This document shows, piece by piece, positions 27,032 to 37,002 of a DNA stretch of 64,000 nt. Position numbers and translations under genes: made by a program. Each line of letters begins with the position of its first letter. Position 1 is the stretch's first letter. The notes under the pieces were generated by a model. The model was given only the letters and a program-made list of their open reading frames with translations, searched no databases and had not been told where the DNA came from. This DNA comes from an uncultured delta proteobacterium (GTDB lineage Bacteria > Desulfobacterota > Desulfomonilia > UBA1062). Location: NCBI GenBank assembly GCA_963798485.1, contig CAWCTR010000017.1, positions 96,001-160,000 on the forward strand. Reading direction: 5' to 3'.

Positions 27032-28381
27032 ATGAACCTCTTAATTATTGGTGGAAGTGATGCCGGTATAAGTGCAGCTCTCAGAGCAAAAGAGATAGAT
27101 CTAACTGTTGCTGTGACCATAATCGTAGCTGACCGATTCCCGAATTTCAGTATCTGTGGGTTACCGTTCTATGTGAGTGGTGAGACTCCGGACTGGCAGC
27201 AACTGGCCCATAGAACCATTTCAGAAATCGAAGAGAAAGGCATCAGGCTCATGTTGGGTCATTTTGTCGATGCAATTGATCCGGTGAAGCAAATAATCCT
27301 TGTCAAGGACCCTAATGGGAAGAGGCTGTCCATGGAATACGATAAGCTCATGATCGGTACTGGAGCAGTCTCTACTCGGCCCAAAATAAAAGGTATCGAA
27401 CTGCCTGGAGTATTTCTCATGAGATGGATGGAAGACAGTTTTGCTCTAAAACACTATCTTGATGAGAAGAAACCTGCATCAGCAATAGTTATCGGAGGTG
27501 GGTACATCGGCATGGAAATGTCCGATGCATTTACCCATCTTGGAATGAATGTAACAGTGATTGAATATGCTGATACGGTGTTAACTACTATTGATCCTGA
27601 GTTGGGCATAAAGGTCCAGGAGGCTCTTGAAAGGAATGGGGTCAAGGTAGTGACAGGGATGCCGGTAAGCTCGATTGAACGAAACGGGGAACAATTGAAT
27701 GTCCTGGGATCAAATGGGTTTTCTATAAAAGCAGATGTTGTCCTTGTGGCTGCAGGTGCAAGGGCCAATGTTAGTTTGGCTAAATCTGCTGGGGTAGATA
27801 TCGGAGCATTCGGAGCAATACGGGTGAATAACAGGATGGAAACTAATATTTCAAACATCTTTGCTGCAGGTGATTGTGTAGAAACATGGCACCATATCTT
27901 GGGAAGATATGTTTACATGCCTCTGGGCACAACTTCTCATAAGCAGGGTCGGGTAGCAGGAGAAAATGCAGTCAGTGGAAAAGCAGTATTTAAGGGATCA
28001 CTTGGCACTCAGGTTGTAAAGATATTCGATCTGGTGGCTGCTCGTACGGGGTTGAGAGATTCCGAAGCAACAGCAGCAGGATATGATTCACTGACTGTTG
28101 ACTACGAGGCTTGGGACCACAAAGTTTATTATCCTGGGGCTAAGCCTTTGCATATTCGAATCACAGGAGATCGGAATACTCAGAGGCTACTCGGAGTCCA
28201 GATCCTTGGTCATTACGGCACCGAAATATCCAAGAGGGTTGATGTCCTTGCTGCAGCAATCTTCAATGAAATGAAGATGGATGAAATCAGTGATCTCGAT
28301 CTTACGTATACACCACCACTGAGCAGTCCCTGGGACCCAGTGCAGACAGCTGCCCAGGAATGGCTGGAAAAGATATCATAA
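27032..28381 (+). CDS. CoA-disulfide reductase / NADH oxidase-like flavoprotein
   Basis: IIGGSDAG, SICGLP (single active Cys), GGGYIG, AAGDC, YTPPLS. Confidence 0.88.
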   Translation: MNLLIIGGSDAGISAALRAKEIDLTVAVTIIVADRFPNFSICGLPFYVSGETPDWQQLAHRTISEIEEKGIRLMLGHFVDAIDPVKQIILVKDPNGKRLSMEYDKLMIGTGAVSTRPKIKGIELPGVFLMRWMEDSFALKHYLDEKKPASAIVIGGGYIGMEMSDAFTHLGMNVTVIEYADTVLTTIDPELGIKVQEALERNGVKVVTGMPVSSIERNGEQLNVLGSNGFSIKADVVLVAAGARANVSLAKSAGVDIGAFGAIRVNNRMETNISNIFAAGDCVETWHHILGRYVYMPLGTTSHKQGRVAGENAVSGKAVFKGSLGTQVVKIFDLVAARTGLRDSEATAAGYDSLTVDYEAWDHKVYYPGAKPLHIRITGDRNTQRLLGVQILGHYGTEISKRVDVLAAAIFNEMKMDEISDLDLTYTPPLSSPWDPVQTAAQEWLEKIS

Positions 28382-28656
28382 ACAGATTTGGTACTGTGAT
28401 TCTTTGCGGATATTTACCCAAAATTATAAGCTGGATTAACTATTGATTACTATCAGAACTGTCACTAACCGACTCACTGGCACGAAAAAAGCTATGTCCT
28501 TGCCCTGCAGTGGATGGCGGTCCTGTTCATGCTTGCTGCCACCGTGTTTAATGTGCCTGTCTGTATTCTTCCGGAGAGCACTCGTCGTAAGGCGGATCAT
28601 AGGGTTATTTCTTTCTTTTGATTGAATATCGCATAAATCTGTCTTATTATTTTATT

Positions 28657-28899
28657 ATGAGTCCGACGATCTTTCGGGAGAAAGGATACAGATTCTATTT
28701 TTTATCGAATGAAGAGACTCGAATGCACGTGCATATAACATGCGAGGCCGGAGAAGCAAAATTCTGGATTGAGCCTATTGTGGCATTAGCGATCTACCAT
28801 GGCTTATCTCCAAGACGGCTTAAAGAAATCCAGAAATTAATTGAGGACCATAAAGATGAAATCATTAAAGCGTGGGAAGACCATTTCAGCAAGCGTTGA
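28657..28899 (+). CDS. DUF4160 protein (HicA-like putative toxin)
   Basis: MSPTIFREKGYRFYFLSNEE.RMHVH...EAKFW. Confidence 0.88.
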   Translation: MSPTIFREKGYRFYFLSNEETRMHVHITCEAGEAKFWIEPIVALAIYHGLSPRRLKEIQKLIEDHKDEIIKAWEDHFSKR

Positions 28900-29119
28900 G
28901 AACATTACCCCTTTCGGGATATGGCTCTTTGTGAACGGCAAAGAGTATCTCTTAAGTTATGAAATATATCCTCATTTTAAAGATAAAACCTTGAAATCAA
29001 TCCAGGATGTCCAGCTCATTCATGGACATCATTTGTATTGGCCTGAATTGGATGTTGACCTGGAAATTGATAACCTGGAAAATCCCGAAAAGTATCCTTT
29101 GAAGTCCAAGCTTCATTGA
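28856..29119 (+). CDS. DUF2442 protein (putative antitoxin)
   Basis: GIWL...EY.L....P.F...LYWPELDVDL; overlaps the DUF4160 gene. Confidence 0.85.
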   Translation: MKSLKRGKTISASVENITPFGIWLFVNGKEYLLSYEIYPHFKDKTLKSIQDVQLIHGHHLYWPELDVDLEIDNLENPEKYPLKSKLH

Positions 29120-29302
29120 ATATCGGTAAATGGTGAATCAGGGTCAGAGCGGATTCAAATACCCCAGCCAGTATGGTATGATTCTCTCTTGGTTATTACA
29201 GTTTGTGGAAGAAGAGCTTTTATTCCCTTTGACTCACCACGCGCCACTAATCACTGATATTTCTTCACACATCCCCCTTGCCCTTCGTGTGATCAAAAAG
29301 GT

Positions 29303-29575
29303 ATGTTACCCTGCATGGATTTCCGAAAGACCCATTGTGCTTGGTGCAGGCTCAGGGCCGGTCCTATTGAAGACTGTACGTCATGCCCCAAGTTCCGCAG
29401 GTATAAGTTGAAAAGCGAGCCTCATCTCGCCATGGAATCTCTTTGCAAAACCTGCATCAACCAAAACAACACCGAGCTCGAGGTATTCTGCCGTACGAAC
29501 CGTTTTTTCCAGGAGGATAGCGGAGAGGACTTCGAGTGTTATAGTTTTTGCATCGAGGTCCGTACACATCGATGA
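29303..29575 (+). CDS. Small Cys-rich hypothetical protein
   Basis: AAGG RBS; three CxxC pairs plus additional Cys in 90 aa. Confidence 0.55.
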   Translation: MLPCMDFRKTHCAWCRLRAGPIEDCTSCPKFRRYKLKSEPHLAMESLCKTCINQNNTELEVFCRTNRFFQEDSGEDFECYSFCIEVRTHR

Positions 29576-29650
29576 GAATCGACATATGGTATTTATTTTC
29601 CACAACTACCCGAGACAATATATGATAGGATGATATCAAAGGATTCATGC

Positions 29651-30259
29651 ATGTGGTGGAAAAAGAAAAAGCCTGAGGAAAACTTTTTTGAGCTCCTTTA
29701 TGATCAGGGCACCAAGACTTTGGATGGCCTGGATGCCCTGTGCGAGTTCGTTGCGAACAGCACCAAGGTAAAGGCCGAGCACGTAAAAGACATCGAGATG
29801 GAGGCCGATGACCTGAGAAGGATCATCATTGATCACCTCAATCAGACCTTCATCACACCCATTGACAGGGAAGACATCTTTTCATTATCCAGGGCTATTG
29901 ATGACGTAATGGACTATGCCTGTACAACCGTGTATGAGATGCAGATATATAAGGTCCATGTTGACGATCATATCCGCGTCATGACAGAGATCCTTAAGAA
30001 GGAATGCAAGGAATTGAATGCAGCGCTTAAGAATCTTCAGTACTATCCCAACGTCGCCATGGAGCACGCTCGCGAGGCAAAGGCGTGTGAGAACAAGATG
30101 GAAAAGGAGTACCGGACAGCCCTGGGCGACCTCTTCGAGGGTAATGACCCGGTCTACATGCTCAAGATGAGGGAGATCTACCGGCACTTGAGCAATGCCG
30201 CCGATAGAGGAGATGAGGCGGCCAATATCATCAGCGACATCATTGTAAAGATGACTTGA
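29651..30259 (+). CDS. DUF47 (PhoU-like) phosphate transport regulator
   Basis: E.EADDLRR.I...LNQTFITPIDREDI..L...IDDV.D. Confidence 0.9.
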   Translation: MWWKKKKPEENFFELLYDQGTKTLDGLDALCEFVANSTKVKAEHVKDIEMEADDLRRIIIDHLNQTFITPIDREDIFSLSRAIDDVMDYACTTVYEMQIYKVHVDDHIRVMTEILKKECKELNAALKNLQYYPNVAMEHAREAKACENKMEKEYRTALGDLFEGNDPVYMLKMREIYRHLSNAADRGDEAANIISDIIVKMT

Positions 30260-30271
30260 TATGGGGGGTGT

Positions 30272-31756
30272 ATGAATCTCTATTCGTGGCTGAAGGCACA
30301 CGCAAAGGCGAGGCCCGCAAAAATTGCCATAAGGTTAAAAGACTCTGAGATCTCCTTTGGAGAGCTTTATAGGCTTACCGACTCCTTTGGGACAGCACTT
30401 CACAGGGCAGGCATAGGCCTCGGTGACCATGTAACCCTTATGCTGCCCAACATGCCTGAGTTTGTCATCACCTACATGGCCGTCATAGGCATCGGCGCCG
30501 TAGTCACCCCGGTGAACCCTTCCTATACCTCACGGGAGCTTAGGCATATTCTGTCCGACTCCGACTCCAAGGCCCTTATCATCGAACATAGCAACGTCGG
30601 TACCTATGAGGCCATTGCCCGGGAATGCCCCCAGGCAAACGTGATCACAACCGGCAAGGAGGGCAATTTTTCCCGGTGGGTATCTGAAAGCGGGAGCGGT
30701 ATAGTCGAAGACAGGGACAGGGATGATGTTGCGGCTATGATCTACTCGTCAGGGCTCACCGGTTATCCCATGGGCGCCATGCTCACCCAGGGAAACCTTG
30801 ATCATAATTCGGACCTTTTGCGGATCTGTATGGATGGCGATGATAGCGACAGCACGTTAACCGTCATTCCCTGTTTCCATTCCTTCAGCGCCAGTGTGAA
30901 TATGCTATCCATGCTCCGCTACGGGGGGACCATCTACCTGATGAAGAAGCTTGATTTCAGAGAGCTGCATCATGCCCTTGCCGCTTGCGGCATCACTGCA
31001 ATCTGCGCGGTCCCCACACTGTTCTACGGCCTTGTTTATCATCCTGATCTTGTTGGTATTGACTACACACGCATGAAGACACTCATCGCCGGGGGATCGG
31101 CCCTGCCCATCGAGGTTTATGATGCCTTCAAACAGGCGTTCCATGCGGATATCCGGCAGGGCTACGGCATTACCGAGGCATCTCCGGTCTGCTCGGTGAA
31201 CCAGAAGCATCTCCCCATTAAGCCTGCCTCCATTGGTACTCCGGTACCCGGCGTTACAGCAAGGGTAGAAGACAATAAGGGAAACACGCTCAAGCCTGGC
31301 GAGGTGGGTGAACTTCTTTTTAAGGGCCCCAATATCATGAAGGGCTACTACAAACAGGAACAGGAGACCAAAAGAATTATAACTGATGGATGGCTCCATA
31401 CCGGAGACCTCGGGTATATGGATGAGGATGGCTTTGTTTACATAACAGGATATATAAAAGATATGGTGATCACCTCAGGGTTCAATGTCTATTCCCGTGA
31501 GGTGGAAAATGTGCTCAATTCCATGCCGGGCATTCGTGATTCAGCCATTATTGGTGAGCCCGACCTCATGAGGGGAGCAATCATCAGGGCCTTTATAGTC
31601 CGCGATGATTTGGCACTGACCGAAGATGAGGTTAAGAAGTTTGCACGCAAGCAGCTTGCGCCCTTCAAGACCCCGAGAAAGGTGGAATTCGTACCCGAGA
31701 TCCCCAGGAATGAGAACGGGAAGGTCCTGATGGATATTCTCAAAGGGTCCTCATGA
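30272..31756 (+). CDS. AMP-dependent acyl-CoA synthetase (long-chain fatty acid-CoA ligase-like)
   Basis: QGYGITEA, GWLHTGDLG, C-terminal NGKV; variant P-loop YSSGLTGYPMG. Confidence 0.88.
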   Translation: MNLYSWLKAHAKARPAKIAIRLKDSEISFGELYRLTDSFGTALHRAGIGLGDHVTLMLPNMPEFVITYMAVIGIGAVVTPVNPSYTSRELRHILSDSDSKALIIEHSNVGTYEAIARECPQANVITTGKEGNFSRWVSESGSGIVEDRDRDDVAAMIYSSGLTGYPMGAMLTQGNLDHNSDLLRICMDGDDSDSTLTVIPCFHSFSASVNMLSMLRYGGTIYLMKKLDFRELHHALAACGITAICAVPTLFYGLVYHPDLVGIDYTRMKTLIAGGSALPIEVYDAFKQAFHADIRQGYGITEASPVCSVNQKHLPIKPASIGTPVPGVTARVEDNKGNTLKPGEVGELLFKGPNIMKGYYKQEQETKRIITDGWLHTGDLGYMDEDGFVYITGYIKDMVITSGFNVYSREVENVLNSMPGIRDSAIIGEPDLMRGAIIRAFIVRDDLALTEDEVKKFARKQLAPFKTPRKVEFVPEIPRNENGKVLMDILKGSS

Positions 31757-32655
31757 GGGGATGCACGCTGTGCCCCAGGCAGTGCGGGATTGATCGGTCA
31801 GAGGCAAGAGGCGCCTGCAGGGTAGGTGAGGAGATCCTGGTGGGGGCCGTAGTCATCCATAAAGGTGAGGAGCCTCCCCTGGTGGCCGGGGCCGGATCCG
31901 GCGCCATATTCTTCTGCGGCTGCCCCATGAGGTGTGGCTATTGCCAGAACAAACAGATAAGCCAATCCAGTAAGGGCAAGGTCTTCACTCCGGATAAGCT
32001 TGCCGATGCCATGCTGAAACTGGAAGAGGAAGGGTGTTCGAACATCAACCTGGTAAGCCCGACCCATTATACACCTTCGGTTATTACGGCAATTGTTACA
32101 GCCCGCGCCCTGGGGATGAAGCTCCCAATCCTCGTGAACTCAAGCGGCTATGAGACTAGGGGATGCCTGGAACGCTGGAAGGGCCATGCACAGATCTATC
32201 TCATGGATCTCAAGTATGGTGATAATCACTCGGGCAAGGTCTTAAGCGGTGTTGACGATTACTGGGACGTGGCTATGCAGGCTATTACGTACCTCTTTGA
32301 GACTACAGGTGTCCTTGTCCTGGACAGTGAAGGAAAGGCGGTCAGCGGCCTGATGGTCAGGCATCTTGTTCTGCCGGAGATGCTCTCCAACCCGTTTCCC
32401 GTGCTCGAGTTCCTCTCAGAGCTTTCCCTGGAGATGCCGCTGAGTATCATGTCACAGTATAATCCGGAGTTTTACCGTGGAGATTTGTCTGAAATGAGGC
32501 GCCGCATTACTCCGGATGAATACGCCACGGTAATCGAGAGGGCAACCGCTTTAGGATTTGAGACGCTCTATTGCCAGGACATGGAGGCCCCTTCCACCTA
32601 TAACCCTGATTTCCGCTCGGAAAGGCCATTCGCCGACATGACCAAGTTGTTTTAG
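31753..32655 (+). CDS. Radical SAM protein, PflX family
   Basis: CTLCPRQC, GEEPPL, CPMRCGYCQN, NINLVSPTH, VRHLVLP. Confidence 0.9.
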   Translation: MRGCTLCPRQCGIDRSEARGACRVGEEILVGAVVIHKGEEPPLVAGAGSGAIFFCGCPMRCGYCQNKQISQSSKGKVFTPDKLADAMLKLEEEGCSNINLVSPTHYTPSVITAIVTARALGMKLPILVNSSGYETRGCLERWKGHAQIYLMDLKYGDNHSGKVLSGVDDYWDVAMQAITYLFETTGVLVLDSEGKAVSGLMVRHLVLPEMLSNPFPVLEFLSELSLEMPLSIMSQYNPEFYRGDLSEMRRRITPDEYATVIERATALGFETLYCQDMEAPSTYNPDFRSERPFADMTKLF

Positions 32656-32694
32656 ATTTTAATTATGCCGATCATTTGCCGATAGGACGATAGG

Positions 32695-32989
32695 ATGAAA
32701 TGGTATGTCTTCAGTTTATGTACATCCAACGGATGTAACCCTTTTGAGAGGATCCGTGAATACTCCAAGGTGCCGGCTGAAGAACTTGCAAAGAAGACCG
32801 AGTATGCCGGTTATATAAGAGGCGTTCTCACATCAGGCTGCTAAAGAGATCATTGTCGAGACTCGCGGAACCCACTTTGCCCCGGATGTTGTGGATTCAT
32901 TCCTGGCCCATGAGGAAGATTTCCGCAGAACCAGACAAGAGTTTTTCCACGACAGGGGAAACGGGTCCTGCATCAGTTCGGCTGCGTGA
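32695..32989 (+). pseudogene. HD-GYP phosphodiesterase remnant with internal deletion
   Basis: ERIREYSKV.AEELAK..EYAGYI, then in another frame EAFSHQAAKEIIVETRGTHFAPDVVDSFL. Confidence 0.65.
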
Positions 32990-33013
32990 GAATAACAATC
33001 TTTTTACTACACC

Positions 33014-33586
33014 TCATTGCCCGGCAGGGGCCGGCTCGGTGGATGCGGTGTTGCCCCCACGGTAGCTCACGAGTTTTTGGGTTATGCCGGCAGCCTTTAC
33101 CGGTTCCATATAGGAAAGAATGCTGCCTGCAATGTCGCCCTTCATGCCGATAAATACCTGGACAGCAACATCGGCCTCAATATTGTTCATCAGGGTAGCT
33201 GCAGCATTGGGTTTCATGGAAGAATAGATCTTCACAAGTTGTTTGATTCGATCACCATTCACGACCTTATAGGCGTTGAGGTCGTTTTTAATAGAGGATT
33301 CTATGGCCTCCAACCGCTTGATCTTCTCTTGCAGCTGCTTCTCAAGCTCCTTGATCTCCATTTCACGGGTCTTGAGCCGCTCTTCCTTCTGCCGGATTAT
33401 CTCCATCTGGTCAGTAGGGCTCAATGTCAAGGGCTGCATCGCCGGTTGCGGCTGCTCCTGTCTGGCAGGCGCCTGGGTATTGTTCGTAGTATTACCGGCA
33501 GCCACTGGTGTGGATTGGGAAACCAGAAAGGCGGCTACAAAAACTATATTGATGAGCACCAGACCCAGCAGTATCTTTGCCTTCAT
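33014..33586 (-). CDS. MotE/FlbB-like flagellar protein (MgtE_N-like)
   Basis: TM helix, coiled coil, LVKIYSSMKP..AA; directly after fliJ. Confidence 0.75.
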   Translation of the reverse strand: MKAKILLGLVLINIVFVAAFLVSQSTPVAAGNTTNNTQAPARQEQPQPAMQPLTLSPTDQMEIIRQKEERLKTREMEIKELEKQLQEKIKRLEAIESSIKNDLNAYKVVNGDRIKQLVKIYSSMKPNAAATLMNNIEADVAVQVFIGMKGDIAGSILSYMEPVKAAGITQKLVSYRGGNTASTEPAPAGQ

Positions 33587-34023
33587 CTTACACCCCCATG
33601 CCGTAAGACCGCTATCTCATCGAGAAAGATCATGTCCTTCTTTCTGAGCGCCTCATCGTACCGCGCCTGATGGATTTCCTTAAGCCTTGAGATAGCCTTG
33701 TATGACTGTTTCGCTTTTAATAGCTCTTCTCTCTTCACGTCCAGTTGTTGCTCAGCGGTTTTAATATTCTCATCGATGCGCTCCAGGCCTTTTTCCAGGT
33801 ATAAAAGATAATCATAGTATATCTTGACCTCGGTGGCGCTTATCCCTTGGCTCATCCGTGTCATGAGTTCAGCCCTGAGGATGTCCCTTCTCGCCAAGAC
33901 CTGATCCCTCATTGCCACCAGCGATCTTACATACCTCTGGGCCTGAGAGAATGCCTGTTGGGCAATATTCTCCTGTATTTTCCTCACATTCAGCAATGTT
34001 GAGAATTTGTACTTAAAGGCCAT
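33583..34023 (-). CDS. fliJ: Flagellar export protein FliJ
   Basis: FKYKFSTLL.VR, C-terminal LDEIA; located after fliI. Confidence 0.85.
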   Translation of the reverse strand: MAFKYKFSTLLNVRKIQENIAQQAFSQAQRYVRSLVAMRDQVLARRDILRAELMTRMSQGISATEVKIYYDYLLYLEKGLERIDENIKTAEQQLDVKREELLKAKQSYKAISRLKEIHQARYDEALRKKDMIFLDEIAVLRHGGVR

Positions 34024-35355
34024 TTACGCATTTCCCGCATGCTTTACGTCTATGATCGCACCCATCTGTGCTACAGCCTGTTCAATAGAGGCCTTCTCAT
34101 TGATGCCCTGTTTCAGAAAGCTGTTGATCGAATCAATGTGGCGAATTGCATTATCGATCTCAGGATTATTACCGTTAACGTACGCCCCGATGTTGATAAG
34201 GTCGCGGGCCTCTTCATACACTGCGGTCATGGACTGGATAGACCGTGCTGCACTGAGGTGTTTTTCATCCATAATGTCGTTCATGACCCGACTCACGCTG
34301 CGCAGGATGTCCACGGCAGGGTAATGCCCTCTGGCCGCGAGGTCGCGGGATAGCACTATGTGGCCATCCACAATGGAGCGGACAGTATCCGCCACAGGTT
34401 CAGTAAGGTCATCTCCCTCTACAAGCACGGTGTATAACCCTGTAATACTCCCCTTTGACGAGGTGTTTCCCGCCCTCTCCAGGAGCTTTGGCATCTTGGC
34501 GAAGCAGGATGGGGTATATCCCTTGGTCGTAGGCGGCTCGCCGATGGCCAAGCCGATCTCCCGCATGGACATGGCAAAGCGTGTAATGGAATCCATCATG
34601 AGGAGCACGTCCAGGCCCTGGTCCCTGAAAAACTCTGCAATAGTAGTGGCGAAATACGCCCCCCTGATACGGATGAGCGACGGCTGGTCCGATATAGCGG
34701 TTACCACCACTGAGCGCTTGAGTCCTTCCTCGCCCAGGTCTCTTTCCAGGAACTCATTGACCTCTCTGCCGCGTTCGCCGATTAATGCAATCACGTTTAC
34801 ATCCGCCTTGGTATGGCGGGCCATCATCCCGAGCAGTACGCTTTTCCCTACGCCCGATCCTGACATGATTGCCATGCGCTGGCCCTTTCCCACCGTCGTC
34901 AGGCCATTGATAGACCTTATGCCAAGGTCGAGCGGCTCATCAATACGCCGCTTCTTTAAGGGGTTATAGGGGGTTCCATACAGCGGCATCTCGTAATCGA
35001 GCATGAGCGGTCCCTTGCCGTCTAAAGGCTCTCCCATCCCGTCAACGACGCGTCCGAGCATGTCGTTGCCTACCTTGACAATGGGTTGCGATTTCCTGGC
35101 AATGATTACGCTTCCCGGGCCGATCCCATTGAGGTCACCCAGCGGCATCAACAGAACACGCTTGTTCCGGAAACCTACAACCTCGGCCATGATGGAGCTC
35201 TTTCTTGCCTTGGAATAGATTTCGCACATGCCCCCTATGGAGCTTCCCGGGCCGTGACCTTCAACCACTAGGCCCACGATGTTTGTTACCTTGCCCCTGA
35301 CCTGGACAGGATCCATCTCATGCAAGGCGAGGAGTTGTCTTTTCAGGCCGGTCAT
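34024..35355 (-). CDS. fliI: Flagellum-specific ATPase FliI
   Basis: GSGVGKS, GERGREV, DSITRFA, GEPP..KGYTP. Confidence 0.96.
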   Translation of the reverse strand: MTGLKRQLLALHEMDPVQVRGKVTNIVGLVVEGHGPGSSIGGMCEIYSKARKSSIMAEVVGFRNKRVLLMPLGDLNGIGPGSVIIARKSQPIVKVGNDMLGRVVDGMGEPLDGKGPLMLDYEMPLYGTPYNPLKKRRIDEPLDLGIRSINGLTTVGKGQRMAIMSGSGVGKSVLLGMMARHTKADVNVIALIGERGREVNEFLERDLGEEGLKRSVVVTAISDQPSLIRIRGAYFATTIAEFFRDQGLDVLLMMDSITRFAMSMREIGLAIGEPPTTKGYTPSCFAKMPKLLERAGNTSSKGSITGLYTVLVEGDDLTEPVADTVRSIVDGHIVLSRDLAARGHYPAVDILRSVSRVMNDIMDEKHLSAARSIQSMTAVYEEARDLINIGAYVNGNNPEIDNAIRHIDSINSFLKQGINEKASIEQAVAQMGAIIDVKHAGNA

Positions 35356-35996
35356 TTCTCCTGCAGGACCTCATTCATGTGTTCAATCTGGGATCGTATG
35401 CTCGCGTCGATCTCACCATACTCCGTTTCGATGATGATGCCGCCGCGTTCAATGGCGGTGTCTTCGATAAAATGAATATTTCCATTGCCGGTGAGTTGTG
35501 TGGAGATGATCCGCTCGATCTCGCGGATATTTTCAAAGTCCGATGGATGAACCCTCAGGCGGATCTCATCGGTTTCTGTAAGATAGCTGCATGCATGTCT
35601 CACCGTATCAAGGATGATATCAGGTGAGAGCTGGATCTCCCGGTGGATGACCTTCTCGGCGATGAGGACGAGTATCTCAAGGATCTGATCCTGGTGTTTT
35701 TCGATTATGAGATGTCTCATCTTTTTCAGCTCTTCGATAGTATGCGAGAGCATCTGGATAAGGGGCTCGATTCTTTTAACCGCCATCATCTGTCCCTGGG
35801 TCTGGCCCTGGTCAAGGCCTTTGCGATAAGCCTCCATCTCGATGGCTTCTCTTTCAGCGCCGGCCTTTTTCAGGATAGCCTCTGCCTGGGCCTGGATATC
35901 TCTGAGATTACCCTTGTCTTGCATCTCTTTGACGCAATAGGGGGTGACCGTAGCGTCCTTCTGGCCACTGTCACGTATGATTCTAGACAAGGACAT
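35352..35996 (-). CDS. fliH: Flagellar assembly protein FliH
   Basis: GxxxG repeats, VHPSD, GGIIIETEYGEIDAS. Confidence 0.9.
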   Translation of the reverse strand: MSLSRIIRDSGQKDATVTPYCVKEMQDKGNLRDIQAQAEAILKKAGAEREAIEMEAYRKGLDQGQTQGQMMAVKRIEPLIQMLSHTIEELKKMRHLIIEKHQDQILEILVLIAEKVIHREIQLSPDIILDTVRHACSYLTETDEIRLRVHPSDFENIREIERIISTQLTGNGNIHFIEDTAIERGGIIIETEYGEIDASIRSQIEHMNEVLQEK

Positions 35997-37002
35997 CCTC
36001 TCCGCCCTTTCCGCTTATCACGATCTTGTTTGCAGACTCCAGCTTTCTGGCTACACGCACAATGTTCTGCTGGGCTGTTTCCACGTCCGAGAGCTTCACC
36101 GGGCCCATGGTCTCCATATCCTCCAGGAGCATCTCGGATGCCCTGGACGACATGTTCTTGAGTATATGACCCTTGAGTGTCTCACTAGAAGTCTTCAGAG
36201 CCAGCGAAAGGTCCTCGTTTGTGATCTCCTTGAGTATTGTTTGGATGCCGCGGTTATCGATGTTGATGAGGTCTTCGAAGACGAACATCTTCTGTCGGAT
36301 GTTTTCTGCCAGGTCGGCATCGATCTCTTCAAGAGATCCGAATATATTGTTCTCGGTATTGTGATCGAGCTGGTTCATGATCTCGGCTACGGTCTCGATG
36401 CCGCCTATCTTCTTGCTTTCCACGCTCCCCATGGCCTCGATCTCTTTTTTGAGCACGTCATCCACATCTTCAATGACCCCGGCAGGCACCATGCCTAAGT
36501 TGGCGATGCGAAAAACGATCTCAGGCTGGAGTTTCTCGGGCATTTCCTTGATGATCTGGGCGACCTTTAAATGATCGAGGTGGGCCAGTACCAGGGCAAT
36601 GGTCTGGGGATGCTCACCCTTGAGGTAATCAACGAGGATAGAAGCATCGATGGCACGGAGAGATGAGAAGGCTGCGGTATCCATGGCCTGGGAGATGGAG
36701 TCTATGATAGGTTTGGCCTTTTCGGCGCCTAAGGAAGAAACAAGGGCATTCCGTAGGTAGTCAATACCTTTCCCCGTGACGCCGCTTACTTCCCCGCTGA
36801 GCTGCTGGAACTCGTCCATAATGTTCTGAACCGTTCCCACCGGGATAGTCACGTCCTCGAGGTTTGCCATTCCTCTTCCGAGAAGCTTGATCTCATGGTC
36901 GGTCAATCCCTTGAATACAGCCCTGGTGAATTCGTCACCCATTGCCGTGAGAAAGATAGAGGCCTTCTGGGGGCCATCAACCTTCTTGAGCTTACCCATC
37001 AT
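35983..37002 (-). CDS. fliG: Flagellar motor switch protein FliG
   Basis: EHPQTIA, GG linker, MFVFED, NMSSRA. Confidence 0.96.
   Translation of the reverse strand: MMGKLKKVDGPQKASIFLTAMGDEFTRAVFKGLTDHEIKLLGRGMANLEDVTIPVGTVQNIMDEFQQLSGEVSGVTGKGIDYLRNALVSSLGAEKAKPIIDSISQAMDTAAFSSLRAIDASILVDYLKGEHPQTIALVLAHLDHLKVAQIIKEMPEKLQPEIVFRIANLGMVPAGVIEDVDDVLKKEIEAMGSVESKKIGGIETVAEIMNQLDHNTENNIFGSLEEIDADLAENIRQKMFVFEDLINIDNRGIQTILKEITNEDLSLALKTSSETLKGHILKNMSSRASEMLLEDMETMGPVKLSDVETAQQNIVRVARKLESANKIVISGKGGEDVLV

Noticed and set aside
28460-28610. attC-like CACTAAC...GTTATTT before the DUF4160/DUF2442 pair
   Set aside because: No recognisable L boxes or convincing foldback.
32695-32844. 49-aa Cys-containing ORF after the radical SAM gene as a RiPP precursor
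   Set aside because: Its sequence (ERIREYSKV.AEELAK) and the following frame (RGTHFAPDVVD) are pieces of an HD-GYP gene, and the radical SAM is PflX-type with no SPASM domain.
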